Positions 17,992 through 27,733 of a DNA stretch of 64,000 nucleotides are shown here, piece by piece; the stretch's first letter is position 1; each line of letters opens with the position of its first letter. The notes under the pieces are model-generated. The model was given only the letters and a program-made list of their open reading frames with translations, ran no database searches and was not told the origin of the DNA. A program made the translations under genes and the position numbers. This DNA is from a virus: positions 1 through 64,000 of IMG/VR virus record IMGVR_UViG_3300022872_000001; one strand, written 5' to 3'.

Positions 17992-18585
17992 CTAACATTC
18001 CATAAGTAACTTAATCAGAGTTTCTGCTTCCCAGATAAAATGATCTGGTGCTGACCATGCTGCTGCTGACCTTGCTGACCATGCTGACCGTGCTGACCAT
18101 GCTGACCGTGCTGAATTTTCCATTTCTTGAGTAGCTGTTCCATCAATCTTATGTTGACAATAGTCTATTACTTGTTTGATGGCAGCCTTACATTGGATAG
18201 TGTAAGGTTCATTATCCTTAAGTGACTTTAGGGACTTTGTATGCCTAAGGATAGCTAATTTCCATCTTACGTTTTCAATGTCAGCTCCTACTCGAATGGC
18301 TTCTAAGGAAGCTTTAGCAAATAAAGGAGCCTTATCTTCAGGCAAACCTTCGAAGATAGCATTACATAAGTGTGCGTACCACTCTGGTAAGCCTAATTCA
18401 GTTGGATATTTGGCGTGGTTATATGAATGAAGAATACATCCTACGTTACAGCCTTTGGATAAACGTTTATCCCAACCTTCACCTTGAATGATCTGATCAA
18501 GTTTATGGTGTTCGTTAAGACGGTCGATGTAGAATTGACGAAGAACTGGATCATTATGAAATGCTTGGAGTTTTTGAGTTGTCAT
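17992..18585 (-). CDS. conserved phage protein with SARSAWSA repeats
   Basis: AFHND...IIQG..W...KGC.VGC.LH...ELGLPEW pattern, recalled from phage hypothetical proteins; C-terminal Ser/Ala/Trp repeats. Confidence 0.75.
   Translation of the reverse strand: MTTQKLQAFHNDPVLRQFYIDRLNEHHKLDQIIQGEGWDKRLSKGCNVGCILHSYNHAKYPTELGLPEWYAHLCNAIFEGLPEDKAPLFAKASLEAIRVGADIENVRWKLAILRHTKSLKSLKDNEPYTIQCKAAIKQVIDYCQHKIDGTATQEMENSARSAWSARSAWSARSAAAWSAPDHFIWEAETLIKLLMEC
18049..18114. repeat. 9-bp tandem repeat (TGCTGACC[A/G/T])
   Basis: Directly visible; encodes SAR/SAW triplets. Confidence 0.85.
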
Positions 18586-18629
18586 TTTGAGTTTCCGTAT
18601 GCTTAAGATTTAGACAAAATAAGGAAATA

Positions 18630-18652
18630 GGACGCATAAAATCAATGCGTCC
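18630..18652 (-). terminator. putative terminator
   Basis: GGACGCAT/ATGCGTCC stem with T-rich tail on minus strand. Confidence 0.55.
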
Positions 18653-18675
18653 CTTTCTCCATTCAAACATCCAAA

Positions 18676-18948
18676 TTACGCTTGAACGAGACTGATTGTG
18701 CGTTCAGCCGATTCAACGATGATGCGACGGGATTTATCCAGCTTCAAGGTTCCACACGAATTCTTGATTCGGAAATCCTTCGAAGCCTTAGCCGCAGCGT
18801 TAGCCACGAAGCGATTCAGCTGGGACAAGGTAGCCTTGAATGTGATTACTTCCGGAGTGCGTGCAGTCAGCTTTGTTTCCTTGATCTTAACGCCGCTGAT
18901 TGCCTTGATGTAAGCGATTGACTTTTGCACGTTTGGCTTCTTGGACAT
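18676..18948 (-). CDS. hypothetical basic protein
   Basis: 90 aa, AAGG RBS. Confidence 0.6.
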   Translation of the reverse strand: MSKKPNVQKSIAYIKAISGVKIKETKLTARTPEVITFKATLSQLNRFVANAAAKASKDFRIKNSCGTLKLDKSRRIIVESAERTISLVQA

Positions 18949-19042
18949 GATGATACCTTTCGATGTGATTTAAATTATATAAACAATATGTATTCAGCAC
19001 GTCATTTCATACCGTTTTGAACCTGATCCGAAGTGCCGTTTA

Positions 19043-19060
19043 TACGCCTTTATTATAACA
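19043..19060 (-). promoter_or_regulatory. extended -10 (TGTTATAAT-N-AAGGCGT) promoter
   Basis: TGTTATAATAAAGGCGTA on minus strand; one of four near-identical copies. Confidence 0.7.
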
Positions 19061-19178
19061 TGAAAAAGCAGTTTTGTACCAAAATGTACCTTCAAAAAGT
19101 GATGATTTTTGACCCTACGTTGTTGCGAAAACAACACAAAACAAAGCTTTGGAATCAGTACCTAACTAGATGGTAAGG

Positions 19179-19208
19179 AAGCCGAACTGAATTGATTCAG
19201 TTCGGCTT
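19179..19208. terminator. 14-bp inverted repeat (terminator-like)
   Basis: AAGCCGAACTGAAT-TG-ATTCAGTTCGGCTT just after the 19228 stop. Confidence 0.55.
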
Positions 19209-19227
19209 AAGTAGGGATTACACGAAA

Positions 19228-20331
19228 TTATTTCAAGGTATTTGCGTCTTCGTTGCGCTGACGGAAATATGTTTGGATATCAGACCTCAGTTTTGGTTTG
19301 TTACCCGTGAGTTGGAGAAGACCATCAGAACGGCGTACCAGATCCGTCTTCGGATCAAATTTATTCCCTACCAGAATATCCCAGCGTTCCACATACTTGC
19401 GGTCACCCTTACGACCGTGCCAGTAATGCAGAATCATTCCATCAACATATCCGAGATTACCAGCTACTACAGACGAAGCGTTGTTGAGATAAGCCAAGCA
19501 ATCATCCTTGAATGAATCTGTAGCCTCACCATGCAAACCTTGGTTAGGTTTACCGACGAAGGCCCAAGCCATTTGATGATCACCTGCACCAAGAATGGAG
19601 ATGTCTAACAGACCACCTAATGCATCCCAAATATCACGGCGCATAGCCCACGCGTAACCTGGATGCCAAGTAGTACCCGCTGCGGTATATTTATATTGCT
19701 CAGAAACACCGTTCACGTGGCAGTAACCAAAGCTAGATACCACTACGTCTTCGCCGGCCTTACCGTCCTTCCAATGAGGGAACCGAAGAGGTTTCAGGGT
19801 TGGATCCAGATCCAGAACCTCTGCCCACATCTGAACCACGCTGTAGCGGTTGCAGGCACGAATTGTATCTTGAATGATACTCGGATTCATAAACTTGATA
19901 TCTGCATCAACCCAGGCTACGTACTTCCATTCCGGATACAACTTCGTCAGGTTTGCCACACCCATATTAATCAGGTTCTCTTTGTGGAAGAGTTCCACTT
20001 CCGTTGTCACCTGAGTGTGGTGAGGATTATCTGCATTCGTAACCTCGAATGGCATATTCCGAACTACCAATTCGACCACGTGCAATACCACATTAGGCAT
20101 CCCCTCCATGTGTGCAACGAAGTTATCAAAATTCTTACGCGGATTTTCGAATCCATGGTGATTGAAATAAACCGCAATCACATGCAGCTTGTCATTTTCC
20201 GACATAGACCAAGCTTGAATAGGGGTACTAGTTTGTGGATTGAATGCCGATTGGAAGAATTCGCGGAATTTTGATAGTTTCATTTTCAAGAATTGATAAA
20301 GGTTGAATAGGAGATGTAGGAAGGATTTCAT
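19228..20331 (-). CDS. GT-A fold glycosyltransferase-like protein
   Basis: FHKENLIN.G, YVAWVDADIKF (DxD), HPGYAWA, GAGD. Confidence 0.6.
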   Translation of the reverse strand: MKSFLHLLFNLYQFLKMKLSKFREFFQSAFNPQTSTPIQAWSMSENDKLHVIAVYFNHHGFENPRKNFDNFVAHMEGMPNVVLHVVELVVRNMPFEVTNADNPHHTQVTTEVELFHKENLINMGVANLTKLYPEWKYVAWVDADIKFMNPSIIQDTIRACNRYSVVQMWAEVLDLDPTLKPLRFPHWKDGKAGEDVVVSSFGYCHVNGVSEQYKYTAAGTTWHPGYAWAMRRDIWDALGGLLDISILGAGDHQMAWAFVGKPNQGLHGEATDSFKDDCLAYLNNASSVVAGNLGYVDGMILHYWHGRKGDRKYVERWDILVGNKFDPKTDLVRRSDGLLQLTGNKPKLRSDIQTYFRQRNEDANTLK

Positions 20332-20401
20332 GGCAATTTTTTCATTGAAAGAACTTTCTCTTAGAGTTATTAATTGTAGATGCTACTAATGGATAATGCG
20401 T

Positions 20402-20866
20402 TCAACCAAAATGCTGGTTGAACAGCTTTTCAAGGGCTATTAACAGAACTGCTTCCCGACTACGGTGTGACGGATAAACCTTCTTCAATTTATCTACCAT
20501 GAATTTATGCCTAGCAGTTAAGGTAACCATAGCGCTTGCCGATTTATTAGGATCGTTCCGCGTTTCGAGTTCCGCGTTGTACACAATGTTGGCTAGGTAG
20601 ACAAGTTTGCGTCTCTGTTCTGAATCCGCACCTTGGAGATGCGTGTAATAGGATTTGTTGGCTTTTAAGGCTACGGCAATCTTGTGCAAGGTGTTATGGT
20701 CAGAGTCACAGAGAGTTATGGTAGGACCATCAACTCCTCCGTAAGCTCTTGGCACCATGTGATGGACATGGCGCACCATAGGTCCCGGAGGCATAACATC
20801 GGTAAATCTTTGCTGACAAACCCAACAATGATCTAAGGTAATCGAATTTGGATTTGCCATCGTCAC
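20402..20866 (-). CDS. HNH-like nuclease-domain protein
   Basis: CWVC...HVHHMVPRAYGG...TLCDSDHNTLH. Confidence 0.7.
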   Translation of the reverse strand: MTMANPNSITLDHCWVCQQRFTDVMPPGPMVRHVHHMVPRAYGGVDGPTITLCDSDHNTLHKIAVALKANKSYYTHLQGADSEQRRKLVYLANIVYNAELETRNDPNKSASAMVTLTARHKFMVDKLKKVYPSHRSREAVLLIALEKLFNQHFG

Positions 20867-20868
20867 TC

Positions 20869-21405
20869 CTACAAACTAAGAAAAGAGTTACCGTTCCGAA
20901 CTTCCATGTTCATCAATTCCTGATAATCGGAATCAACCGGATACGATATGTCCTTTGTCATAACCAATTCGTTACCGAACTCTAGCTCGACTTCAGATTC
21001 ACTAAAAATATTCTCCATAGCAACCCGGAACTTACGGAAGGAAGGAGCGCCTGGCGGCATACCGTCAACAAGATGCATATGCGGATAGAATTCCTTGTAG
21101 AAGGCATCCTTACATCCTGCTTGCACCAGACTTGAATATAACTCCTGCAAAGCAGGCGAGTCTAAGCTCATAGTGAATGTGGAACGCTGCAATTGAGAAT
21201 CGTACACACGATCCAGTTTCTTACTCTTGGCAATGTAAATCTGCCCGGCACTCTCTGGAATAGGTTGGCGGGAGGTCAGAACCACCACGTGAAGCTTATC
21301 CAGATCGATATCAAACGGAGGAGGAGACATTTGGGTGCGGATGTAATCGACCGTCTCCTGTGTAGGTAGTACCACTAGCTGATAGAAAACCATTCGATAC
21401 TCCAA
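20869..21405 (-). CDS. 2H phosphoesterase-like protein (T4 57B/Acb1-like, degenerate motifs)
   Basis: DKLHVVVLTSR and LDS..L...GC...F...YPHMHL parallel T4 57B EKIHSTICYSR and LDS...GA...F..Y.PHITL (recalled). Confidence 0.6.
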   Translation of the reverse strand: MEYRMVFYQLVVLPTQETVDYIRTQMSPPPFDIDLDKLHVVVLTSRQPIPESAGQIYIAKSKKLDRVYDSQLQRSTFTMSLDSPALQELYSSLVQAGCKDAFYKEFYPHMHLVDGMPPGAPSFRKFRVAMENIFSESEVELEFGNELVMTKDISYPVDSDYQELMNMEVRNGNSFLSL

Positions 21406-22335
21406 TTAATTAAAAGCGAAACCCCATTGAGGAACTGTTTTCTTGGAAGCAGGAAACGCCTTATGAAAGCGATTCATATCGTTTTCTGTCATCAACCAGA
21501 ACCAGGTTCCTGATAATTTTGTAAAAGGTGTACCTGAAACAAAATACAGTTTGGTCTTTAGTTGTTTCTCGAATTCTTTGATGATGCGTTTGGCTTCCAC
21601 ATCGATCATGCCCTTCATTTTATCCTGTTTGATCAGGCCAGGATTGGCTGCGAATTGCTTTGGATTTATACCGAGCACAATCTGTTTATCAATCGAAGGA
21701 TAACCTGCAAGATTATCTACCGAGAAGCCTGCACGTTTGAGTTTTTCAATCGATAGACCTTCTGCCAATGGCACCACAGGAACACGAGCGATAACGAACG
21801 GTTTGTCCTTAATGCTTTTCAATTTATTTACTTCATCCGCATTCTTGGTGATTACATCGTGTGCTTCATCGTAAAGCTTTTGCATATCGAAGGTATCTGC
21901 TTCGATAAGGTTGAGGCGGGATTTTGCTGTGTCAATAAGTGCCGCGATTTCCATCTCTGCTTTTTTGCAGGCGAACAGGCTGAGTTGTTTCTTGTCGGTA
22001 GCTGCACCTGTGAATACACCTTCATGCAGGCTGGTCAGTTCATTCAAACAACGCTTCAATGGCTGTTTGGTTCCTACTGGTAATTTTTCGTTGTACAGGG
22101 AGGTTGTGGATTCCACTGCCGCTACCAACATCTTCATTTGCCGATTCTTTGTGGCTACATGGAGTTTATTTAGGTCAAGGCGAAGAGCGTGCACCTTGGC
22201 GTGCACATCTGTGAGGTTTGCAATGCGTATTTCCAATTTTTGTTTTACCTGATCCGAGTTTGGCATCGGTGATCCCATTACCAATGCGGCTTCCAAACGA
22301 TCAAAGTTATTTTTTCCAAATGTACTATTCTGCAT
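21406..22335 (-). CDS. hypothetical protein
   Basis: 309-aa ORF, helical N-terminal half. Confidence 0.7.
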   Translation of the reverse strand: MQNSTFGKNNFDRLEAALVMGSPMPNSDQVKQKLEIRIANLTDVHAKVHALRLDLNKLHVATKNRQMKMLVAAVESTTSLYNEKLPVGTKQPLKRCLNELTSLHEGVFTGAATDKKQLSLFACKKAEMEIAALIDTAKSRLNLIEADTFDMQKLYDEAHDVITKNADEVNKLKSIKDKPFVIARVPVVPLAEGLSIEKLKRAGFSVDNLAGYPSIDKQIVLGINPKQFAANPGLIKQDKMKGMIDVEAKRIIKEFEKQLKTKLYFVSGTPFTKLSGTWFWLMTENDMNRFHKAFPASKKTVPQWGFAFN

Positions 22336-22397
22336 TTTCTCACCTTGTGGATTGGTTATTTGAAGCTATGCAATGAAATTGCCCAGCTTAAATGCTA

Positions 22398-22430
22398 AAA
22401 GGCAGATAACCGTATAGATTATCTGCCTTT
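22398..22430 (-). terminator. putative intrinsic terminator
   Basis: AAAGGCAGATAA/TTATCTGCCTTT stem downstream of the H1-like gene. Confidence 0.65.
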
Positions 22431-22463
22431 GGTATTACCTATTGCGTGTCGCTGACCTGCAGA

Positions 22464-22832
22464 TTAGATCAGGAAGTCATTCTTTGTCTTGCTCGACTTG
22501 GATTCCTTTTCTGCCTTGCCAGCCTTCTTGTCTTTGCCGCCCTTGGCTTTCTTGTCAGCCTTAGCTGGTTTCGCAACCTTACCAGCCTTCTTGTCTGCCT
22601 TGCCAGCCTTTTCCTTCTTCGCTGGCTTTTCTGCCTTAGCAGCCTTGACCTTCTTACCGCCCTTTTCCTTCTTCGCTGGCTTTTCTGCCTTTTCCTTCTT
22701 ACCGGCCTTTGCTGGCTTACCTGTTGCCTTGCCTGCGGCCTTCTTCAATTGCGCAACTTCCTTTTCCAGTGCCTTGATTTCCTTAGCGGCTGTCTTCAGG
22801 GAGGTGATTGCTGTTTGGATTGCTGTTGCCAT
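22464..22832 (-). CDS. histone H1-like Lys/Ala-rich DNA-binding protein
   Basis: Short coiled-coil N-terminus, then KPAKK/AGKA repeats. Confidence 0.8.
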   Translation of the reverse strand: MATAIQTAITSLKTAAKEIKALEKEVAQLKKAAGKATGKPAKAGKKEKAEKPAKKEKGGKKVKAAKAEKPAKKEKAGKADKKAGKVAKPAKADKKAKGGKDKKAGKAEKESKSSKTKNDFLI

Positions 22833-22876
22833 TTTCTTTTTCCTTTAGGGAGGTTGATTTAACTTACTACACTGTT

Positions 22877-22886
22877 TATTTACTGC
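22877..22886 (-). promoter_or_regulatory. YAGTAAATA motif
   Basis: GCAGTAAATA ~45 nt upstream of the H1-like start; a second copy (CTAGTAAATA) lies at 23021-23030. Confidence 0.65.
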
Positions 22887-22959
22887 GGTTGAAACTACTT
22901 TGTAAAATTACGGAATGTGAAATATATCAGGAACGATCCACACTCCCTAACTAGGATAT

Positions 22960-24513
22960 TTATTTCTTCCTGGGTTTCTTAACCAGTTCCTCGGCAAGAG
23001 TATCCAAGTGTTGCATGATGTATTTACTAGGCTTATCCATTCGAGCTTGGTAACCCTTACACTCTACCAGGATAGCTTTGATTTCGTCCGACAACTTCTG
23101 ATCTTCCAGGTGCCGCAATTGCCGAAGGTTACGTCCTAAGATTTGATTGGTCTGTTCGTCCGTAATTTTCAATTGCTTACCGATTTTCTTGACCAATGCA
23201 GCATCATCTAGTTTCCTATCCTTGATGCATTTGAAGATAAAATCAAGCTGACTAATTGCCAATCGCATGAGTTCGAGATATGCAATTTCCTTTTTGCGTT
23301 TCTCAATCCAGTATGCGCACGCCGTCTTTTCCAAATGAATGCGGTAGAGAAGCCATTCTTCCAGCAATTGAGGAACGGTGATCGGGCGCAGCTTAACATC
23401 CACCATATCCTCTTCGGAATTGAAAACCCGATCGGTTACCTTTACATCGTACCTCTGTGTTTCTGAGAAAAGGACATCGATAGCCTTAATTACTTTTTCG
23501 CGCTGTTCACCTTTGCAGGTCTTATTGAACCTGATAAGATACGCAACGCGGAATGGATCAGCGCCTTCGCCATCACTATCAATAGAACTGACACCAGGGA
23601 TGTTCTCAATGTTGGTCAGTAAGCGTTCCAACGGAGAAGCTTTATCTTTCGTGCTCTTATCATTTGTGGATATAGGAGCGAACCGGGTATACCTGATTGA
23701 GTTTTGTGCCTCGTTCAAGGTATATGTCGAACTCCACGTTACCTGTGCAGTACCTGTTTTGTAAAACTGTTTGATGGCTACCTTGTTGGCTTTCGTCTTT
23801 TTAACATGGCCACCGTAGTCACTTATCCATTCCAACTCTTCGCACATCTTGGCATCACATTTGCCTTTTGCCTTGATCATATTTTTCAGGACACTTACAA
23901 CAGAAGGTAATGTATAAGCCGGAGTACGTGTGTTCACACCAGGACAGATACCGAAGTTACCATTCAGTAAGCCGTTCGGTAATAGTGTTACCAAGTTCAC
24001 GGGCTCGCGTTTCGATCCGTCGTAGTTCGCAGCGAACGCCATAGTCGGCATGTAGAAAGGGTCGAAGAAAACCTTATCTGAATATTTCGTCAAGCGACCA
24101 TTAATATATCGCATTGCACCTGAACCAGAAAGCATGGTGCCCCAGTTACTATCGCTACCATCTACAAGAGGTTGAGGTAACTGTGACGCCGTGACAGCAG
24201 CCTGGAAGATACTGCTATCACCGTGGGGATGCCAGTCACCCATAGTGTCACCTACAATCTTTGCAGCCTTGACCGTATTGGCTTTGTGGTGCAAATTCAA
24301 TTTGAACATCGCCCATAAAGTGCGGCGTGTAACAGGCTTTACACCATCATACGTCCCTACGATTGCACGATCCTCAATAGTGGAAGTGCCATAGATGTAA
24401 TAGTCCTTGTCGCTTTGTTCATCCAGATAAACATCTTTGATCTTATCCTTAACACCTACTGGAATTTCTTCCTTCACAGCTTTGGACGTTTTATGCTTTT
24501 TCGTTGCCATCAA
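22960..24513 (-). CDS. type IIA DNA topoisomerase subunit A (GyrA/ParC-like, no C-terminal pinwheel)
   Basis: DGVKPVTRR, GDWHPHGDSSI, AMRY (catalytic Tyr); only 517 aa. Confidence 0.93.
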   Translation of the reverse strand: MMATKKHKTSKAVKEEIPVGVKDKIKDVYLDEQSDKDYYIYGTSTIEDRAIVGTYDGVKPVTRRTLWAMFKLNLHHKANTVKAAKIVGDTMGDWHPHGDSSIFQAAVTASQLPQPLVDGSDSNWGTMLSGSGAMRYINGRLTKYSDKVFFDPFYMPTMAFAANYDGSKREPVNLVTLLPNGLLNGNFGICPGVNTRTPAYTLPSVVSVLKNMIKAKGKCDAKMCEELEWISDYGGHVKKTKANKVAIKQFYKTGTAQVTWSSTYTLNEAQNSIRYTRFAPISTNDKSTKDKASPLERLLTNIENIPGVSSIDSDGEGADPFRVAYLIRFNKTCKGEQREKVIKAIDVLFSETQRYDVKVTDRVFNSEEDMVDVKLRPITVPQLLEEWLLYRIHLEKTACAYWIEKRKKEIAYLELMRLAISQLDFIFKCIKDRKLDDAALVKKIGKQLKITDEQTNQILGRNLRQLRHLEDQKLSDEIKAILVECKGYQARMDKPSKYIMQHLDTLAEELVKKPRKK

Positions 24514-26369
24514 GCTACCCCCAATAATTTCTTGCGATACTCTGCGTTTTTCCCCATCAATGCTTCAAACCTAGCTCCACCTTTTTTATCCTTTGGAGGA
24601 TTCAAGCGTAGGAGACGCCGCTCTCCAATCTTGAAGGCAATCTCGCGCATCGGTTCATCGCTGATTTCCGCCCAACCTTTAATATGCCGGATATCAACCT
24701 TTTGAGTACCTGCCTTTTTATAGATAGCTTCCTTGGTAGAACCAAACAGCATCTTACCTTTGTGTTTCGCCATATACTCTGGAGACTTCACGATGAATAT
24801 CCGGCCTTCCTTAAACAATCGTGGCAGGAACTTCCAAAAGATTGCAGAGAACAAGCATTGAATGTGCTTACCGTCAACGTCAGGATCTGCCAGGTAAATG
24901 ATGCGGCCATATTTGATATGCGCTATAGGATCCTCTTTCGATAAGTCAAGACCGATTGCAGCCATCAATGATGCAATCTCCTTGTTCTTATTTATAGCAT
25001 CCTTGGTGGCCTCCATAACATTCAAAGGTTTACCCTTGGTCTTGAAAGTGGCCTGGAATGTTTTATATCTTGCCAGTTCTGCAATGCCACCGGCAGAGTC
25101 ACCTTCCACCAGATACAACTCGCGCTGTGCGATAGGTACCTTGGAGTTCGCTGAAATGCCTGCCAGTTTAGAAGCCAAACCAGAGCCGGCATTCTTCACA
25201 TTCTTAACCAGCTTTTTATCCTTCAGGAATGCATCGGTCTTGTTACGCAATTCGGATGCACGCTTGACCAAATCCTTTGCCAGTGTTTTGTTCTTCTTGA
25301 AATAATCCGAGAACATTTCAAGACATTCCTTGTAGCAAGGTTCTTTCATCCGAACATCAACCAGCTTGTCCTTGGTTTGTGAACTAAACTGAGGTGCGTC
25401 AATCTTGTAGTTCAGGATACCTACAAGACCTTCTTGTAAATCAGCTGGCTTGTATTGCAGCTTTCCCTTGTAGGGATCCAAGGATTTTGTTAATGCTTTG
25501 AAAAAGGAATCTGCATGGAAGCCGCGATCACCGTTGCGAATCGTATTCGTAAAGAACTGCACCTCACAATTCTCCACGTCAGCAAACGATAGTGCAACCT
25601 CCAACGTTCCGGAATTGTGGCTCAACGGAATCTTATTCATAGCAGTAGCTTTGAACTCGATCAGACGTTTGTCCAAGTACTCACTAATACCTTTCTTACT
25701 TAACCATTCCTTAGACTTACCCTTAGAGCCTGTAAGAATGATCTTCAAACCTGCATTCATGTAAGCGGTGATTTCGCACCACTGCATTAATTGCTCTGAT
25801 TGAAGCTTGGACTTATTGAAGATTTTTTCATCAGGAATGAAACGAACTATTGTACCTGACTTAGGCTTTTTACCATCAGGTAATTTCGGGGGGTTGGATT
25901 TCTTGACAGCTACCTTTTCCACACCACACTCGAACTTCGTATAATGCCAGCCTCCGGCATCGGAACGATATGTCCAAACCTCAAAAGATTTTGACAATGC
26001 GTTGGTTGCCTTAATACCGACACCGTGAGTTCCTATCGCAGATTTATAAGCGTCACCTGACATCTTACCGGAGGACTGCAAAGCCGTCAGGACGTGAGTC
26101 AGGGTAGATATCTTGGCTTTCGCGTGCTTCTTAACGGGGATACCTACTCCCTCGTCCACAACCCACATGGTGGCGTCTTTATCGATAAAGACGTGGATCA
26201 GTTTGTTACGACCTGCGCGGGCCTCATCGACTGCATTGTCCATGGCTTCACGGAGGATTGTGAATATACCAGAATCGTCGGTTGGCCCAATATACATCTG
26301 GGGCTTAGCCCTTAATTTTTTTAGATCGTTCTCAAAATACGAGATACTTTCTTCCGTGTACTTTGCCAT
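24510..26369 (-). CDS. type IIA DNA topoisomerase subunit B (GyrB/ParE-like)
   Basis: RAKPQMYIG, EAMDNAVDE, GTHGVG GHKL ATPase; EGDSA and DPDVDG TOPRIM. Confidence 0.95.
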   Translation of the reverse strand: MAKYTEESISYFENDLKKLRAKPQMYIGPTDDSGIFTILREAMDNAVDEARAGRNKLIHVFIDKDATMWVVDEGVGIPVKKHAKAKISTLTHVLTALQSSGKMSGDAYKSAIGTHGVGIKATNALSKSFEVWTYRSDAGGWHYTKFECGVEKVAVKKSNPPKLPDGKKPKSGTIVRFIPDEKIFNKSKLQSEQLMQWCEITAYMNAGLKIILTGSKGKSKEWLSKKGISEYLDKRLIEFKATAMNKIPLSHNSGTLEVALSFADVENCEVQFFTNTIRNGDRGFHADSFFKALTKSLDPYKGKLQYKPADLQEGLVGILNYKIDAPQFSSQTKDKLVDVRMKEPCYKECLEMFSDYFKKNKTLAKDLVKRASELRNKTDAFLKDKKLVKNVKNAGSGLASKLAGISANSKVPIAQRELYLVEGDSAGGIAELARYKTFQATFKTKGKPLNVMEATKDAINKNKEIASLMAAIGLDLSKEDPIAHIKYGRIIYLADPDVDGKHIQCLFSAIFWKFLPRLFKEGRIFIVKSPEYMAKHKGKMLFGSTKEAIYKKAGTQKVDIRHIKGWAEISDEPMREIAFKIGERRLLRLNPPKDKKGGARFEALMGKNAEYRKKLLGVA

Positions 26370-26379
26370 GTTACCCCTT

Positions 26380-26967
26380 TTACTTTAACGCAATAACAAA
26401 TCGAATATAAGGATGGGTGTTCGGGTCGTAACCCCATCCCTCGGGTTCCTTAATCCGCATCCAAGGATTAAATGCCGCACCGGCTGGTGCCCAGTCTATA
26501 TCCGGAGCATGATAATCAAAAACTCCTACCTTTAATCCGTCTCTGTGGCAGGAATACATTCTTTTAATCCAAAAATCTCTTCCCTTTTCAGTTTGAGTAT
26601 CATCGCTGACAATTACCTTATGTCTTGGAAGAATAACTTTCTTAAAAATAAAAGACGCCAAACCATCTAGGGGAGTATCAAGAGTAAAGGTACGCCAAAC
26701 AGCTACCTGCGTTACAACAGGTAAAGGGAAATGCGGAACAGAATGTGTTACCAAATGAACCAAGTACACAATCAACCCTTCATACTCAGCCACGATATAG
26801 GATTCGGTCTTGGAGATAAAATATTCTGTTAAAGGTAGAATGCCGTAGGCAGGCATTTCAACAGAACGATGCTGCTTAAGTTCGGCTAACTTCTGGTGAT
26901 TCTTTTCTTCATCCTTGAGGCCGAAAGTTACAGGGTCTATAAGATAAGGGGCACTTGAGATTTCCAT
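26380..26967 (-). CDS. hypothetical protein (paralog of 29207-29806)
   Basis: VTQVAVWR...IVSDDTQTEKGRDFW shared with the paralog. Confidence 0.7.
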   Translation of the reverse strand: MEISSAPYLIDPVTFGLKDEEKNHQKLAELKQHRSVEMPAYGILPLTEYFISKTESYIVAEYEGLIVYLVHLVTHSVPHFPLPVVTQVAVWRTFTLDTPLDGLASFIFKKVILPRHKVIVSDDTQTEKGRDFWIKRMYSCHRDGLKVGVFDYHAPDIDWAPAGAAFNPWMRIKEPEGWGYDPNTHPYIRFVIALK

Positions 26968-26989
26968 AGGAATTTCCTTTCACTAGGAG

Positions 26990-27007
26990 TACGCCTTCAT
27001 TATAACA
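26990..27007 (-). promoter_or_regulatory. extended -10 promoter
   Basis: TGTTATAATGAAGGCGTA upstream of ATG 26967. Confidence 0.7.
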
Positions 27008-27019
27008 CAGTTATTTTAA

Positions 27020-27730
27020 TCAATCGTTTTTCTCTTCGTCGTTACCAGGGGCTAAGTTAACGATATCGATCATAGCCCTCATCATAGGTCTAACGTCACC
27101 AATTTGTGAGTACGTGCAGGTATGCGTATGAAGTGAAGTCCAACCTGTGCCTGCGGCTATTGAATAATTTACTTCAACCGTTTTCGACTTCATTATCAAT
27201 GTCAATCGACCGAATCCGATACGCAGTCGAATTGTAGGCGACGCTGCGGATGCTTCTACCAATGGAATAATTGGGAGCTTATCGCTATCGAATTTATATT
27301 TAACATGCAGCTTGCACTTGCCGCGGGATTCGCTGTAATCGAAAATAGGATGATAACCCCAACGCTCGAAGAACCGGCGTAAGGACATCTCCAATAAATC
27401 AATGCTCTTCTTACCTTCGGCATAAGCACGGGTGTGCAGTGTTTCGAATAACATTGAGGAGTGTGTAATCGTCGCTTTACGATCCTCTTGCTTCAACCAG
27501 GCACTACCGATTCTTTCCAGGTAAGGATCGAGAATGTCCTCGATGAACGCAACCGAGCGCCCTTTGATACCATGTTTCTTGCAAACGTGTTCGATGATTG
27601 GTAGCATGTTTTGATGGAAACGCGTTGCTGCGATACCTAAGGTACCTAGCATCAACTTGTAATCGTCCGCATCTACTGGCAGGTACCATTCTTTAATTTT
27701 TGTAAGGCGAAGGAATTTTTGAGCTTTCAT
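27020..27730 (-). CDS. hypothetical protein
   Basis: 236-aa ORF. Confidence 0.65.
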   Translation of the reverse strand: MKAQKFLRLTKIKEWYLPVDADDYKLMLGTLGIAATRFHQNMLPIIEHVCKKHGIKGRSVAFIEDILDPYLERIGSAWLKQEDRKATITHSSMLFETLHTRAYAEGKKSIDLLEMSLRRFFERWGYHPIFDYSESRGKCKLHVKYKFDSDKLPIIPLVEASAASPTIRLRIGFGRLTLIMKSKTVEVNYSIAAGTGWTSLHTHTCTYSQIGDVRPMMRAMIDIVNLAPGNDEEKND

Positions 27731-27733
27731 AAC

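Noticed and set aside
22446-22862. Plus-strand ORFs opposite the H1-like gene
   Set aside because: Antisense shadows of a low-complexity Lys/Ala gene
22960-26369. Naming the genes gyrA/gyrB
   Set aside because: The missing C-terminal pinwheel means gyrase and Topo IV-like activity cannot be distinguished from sequence alone
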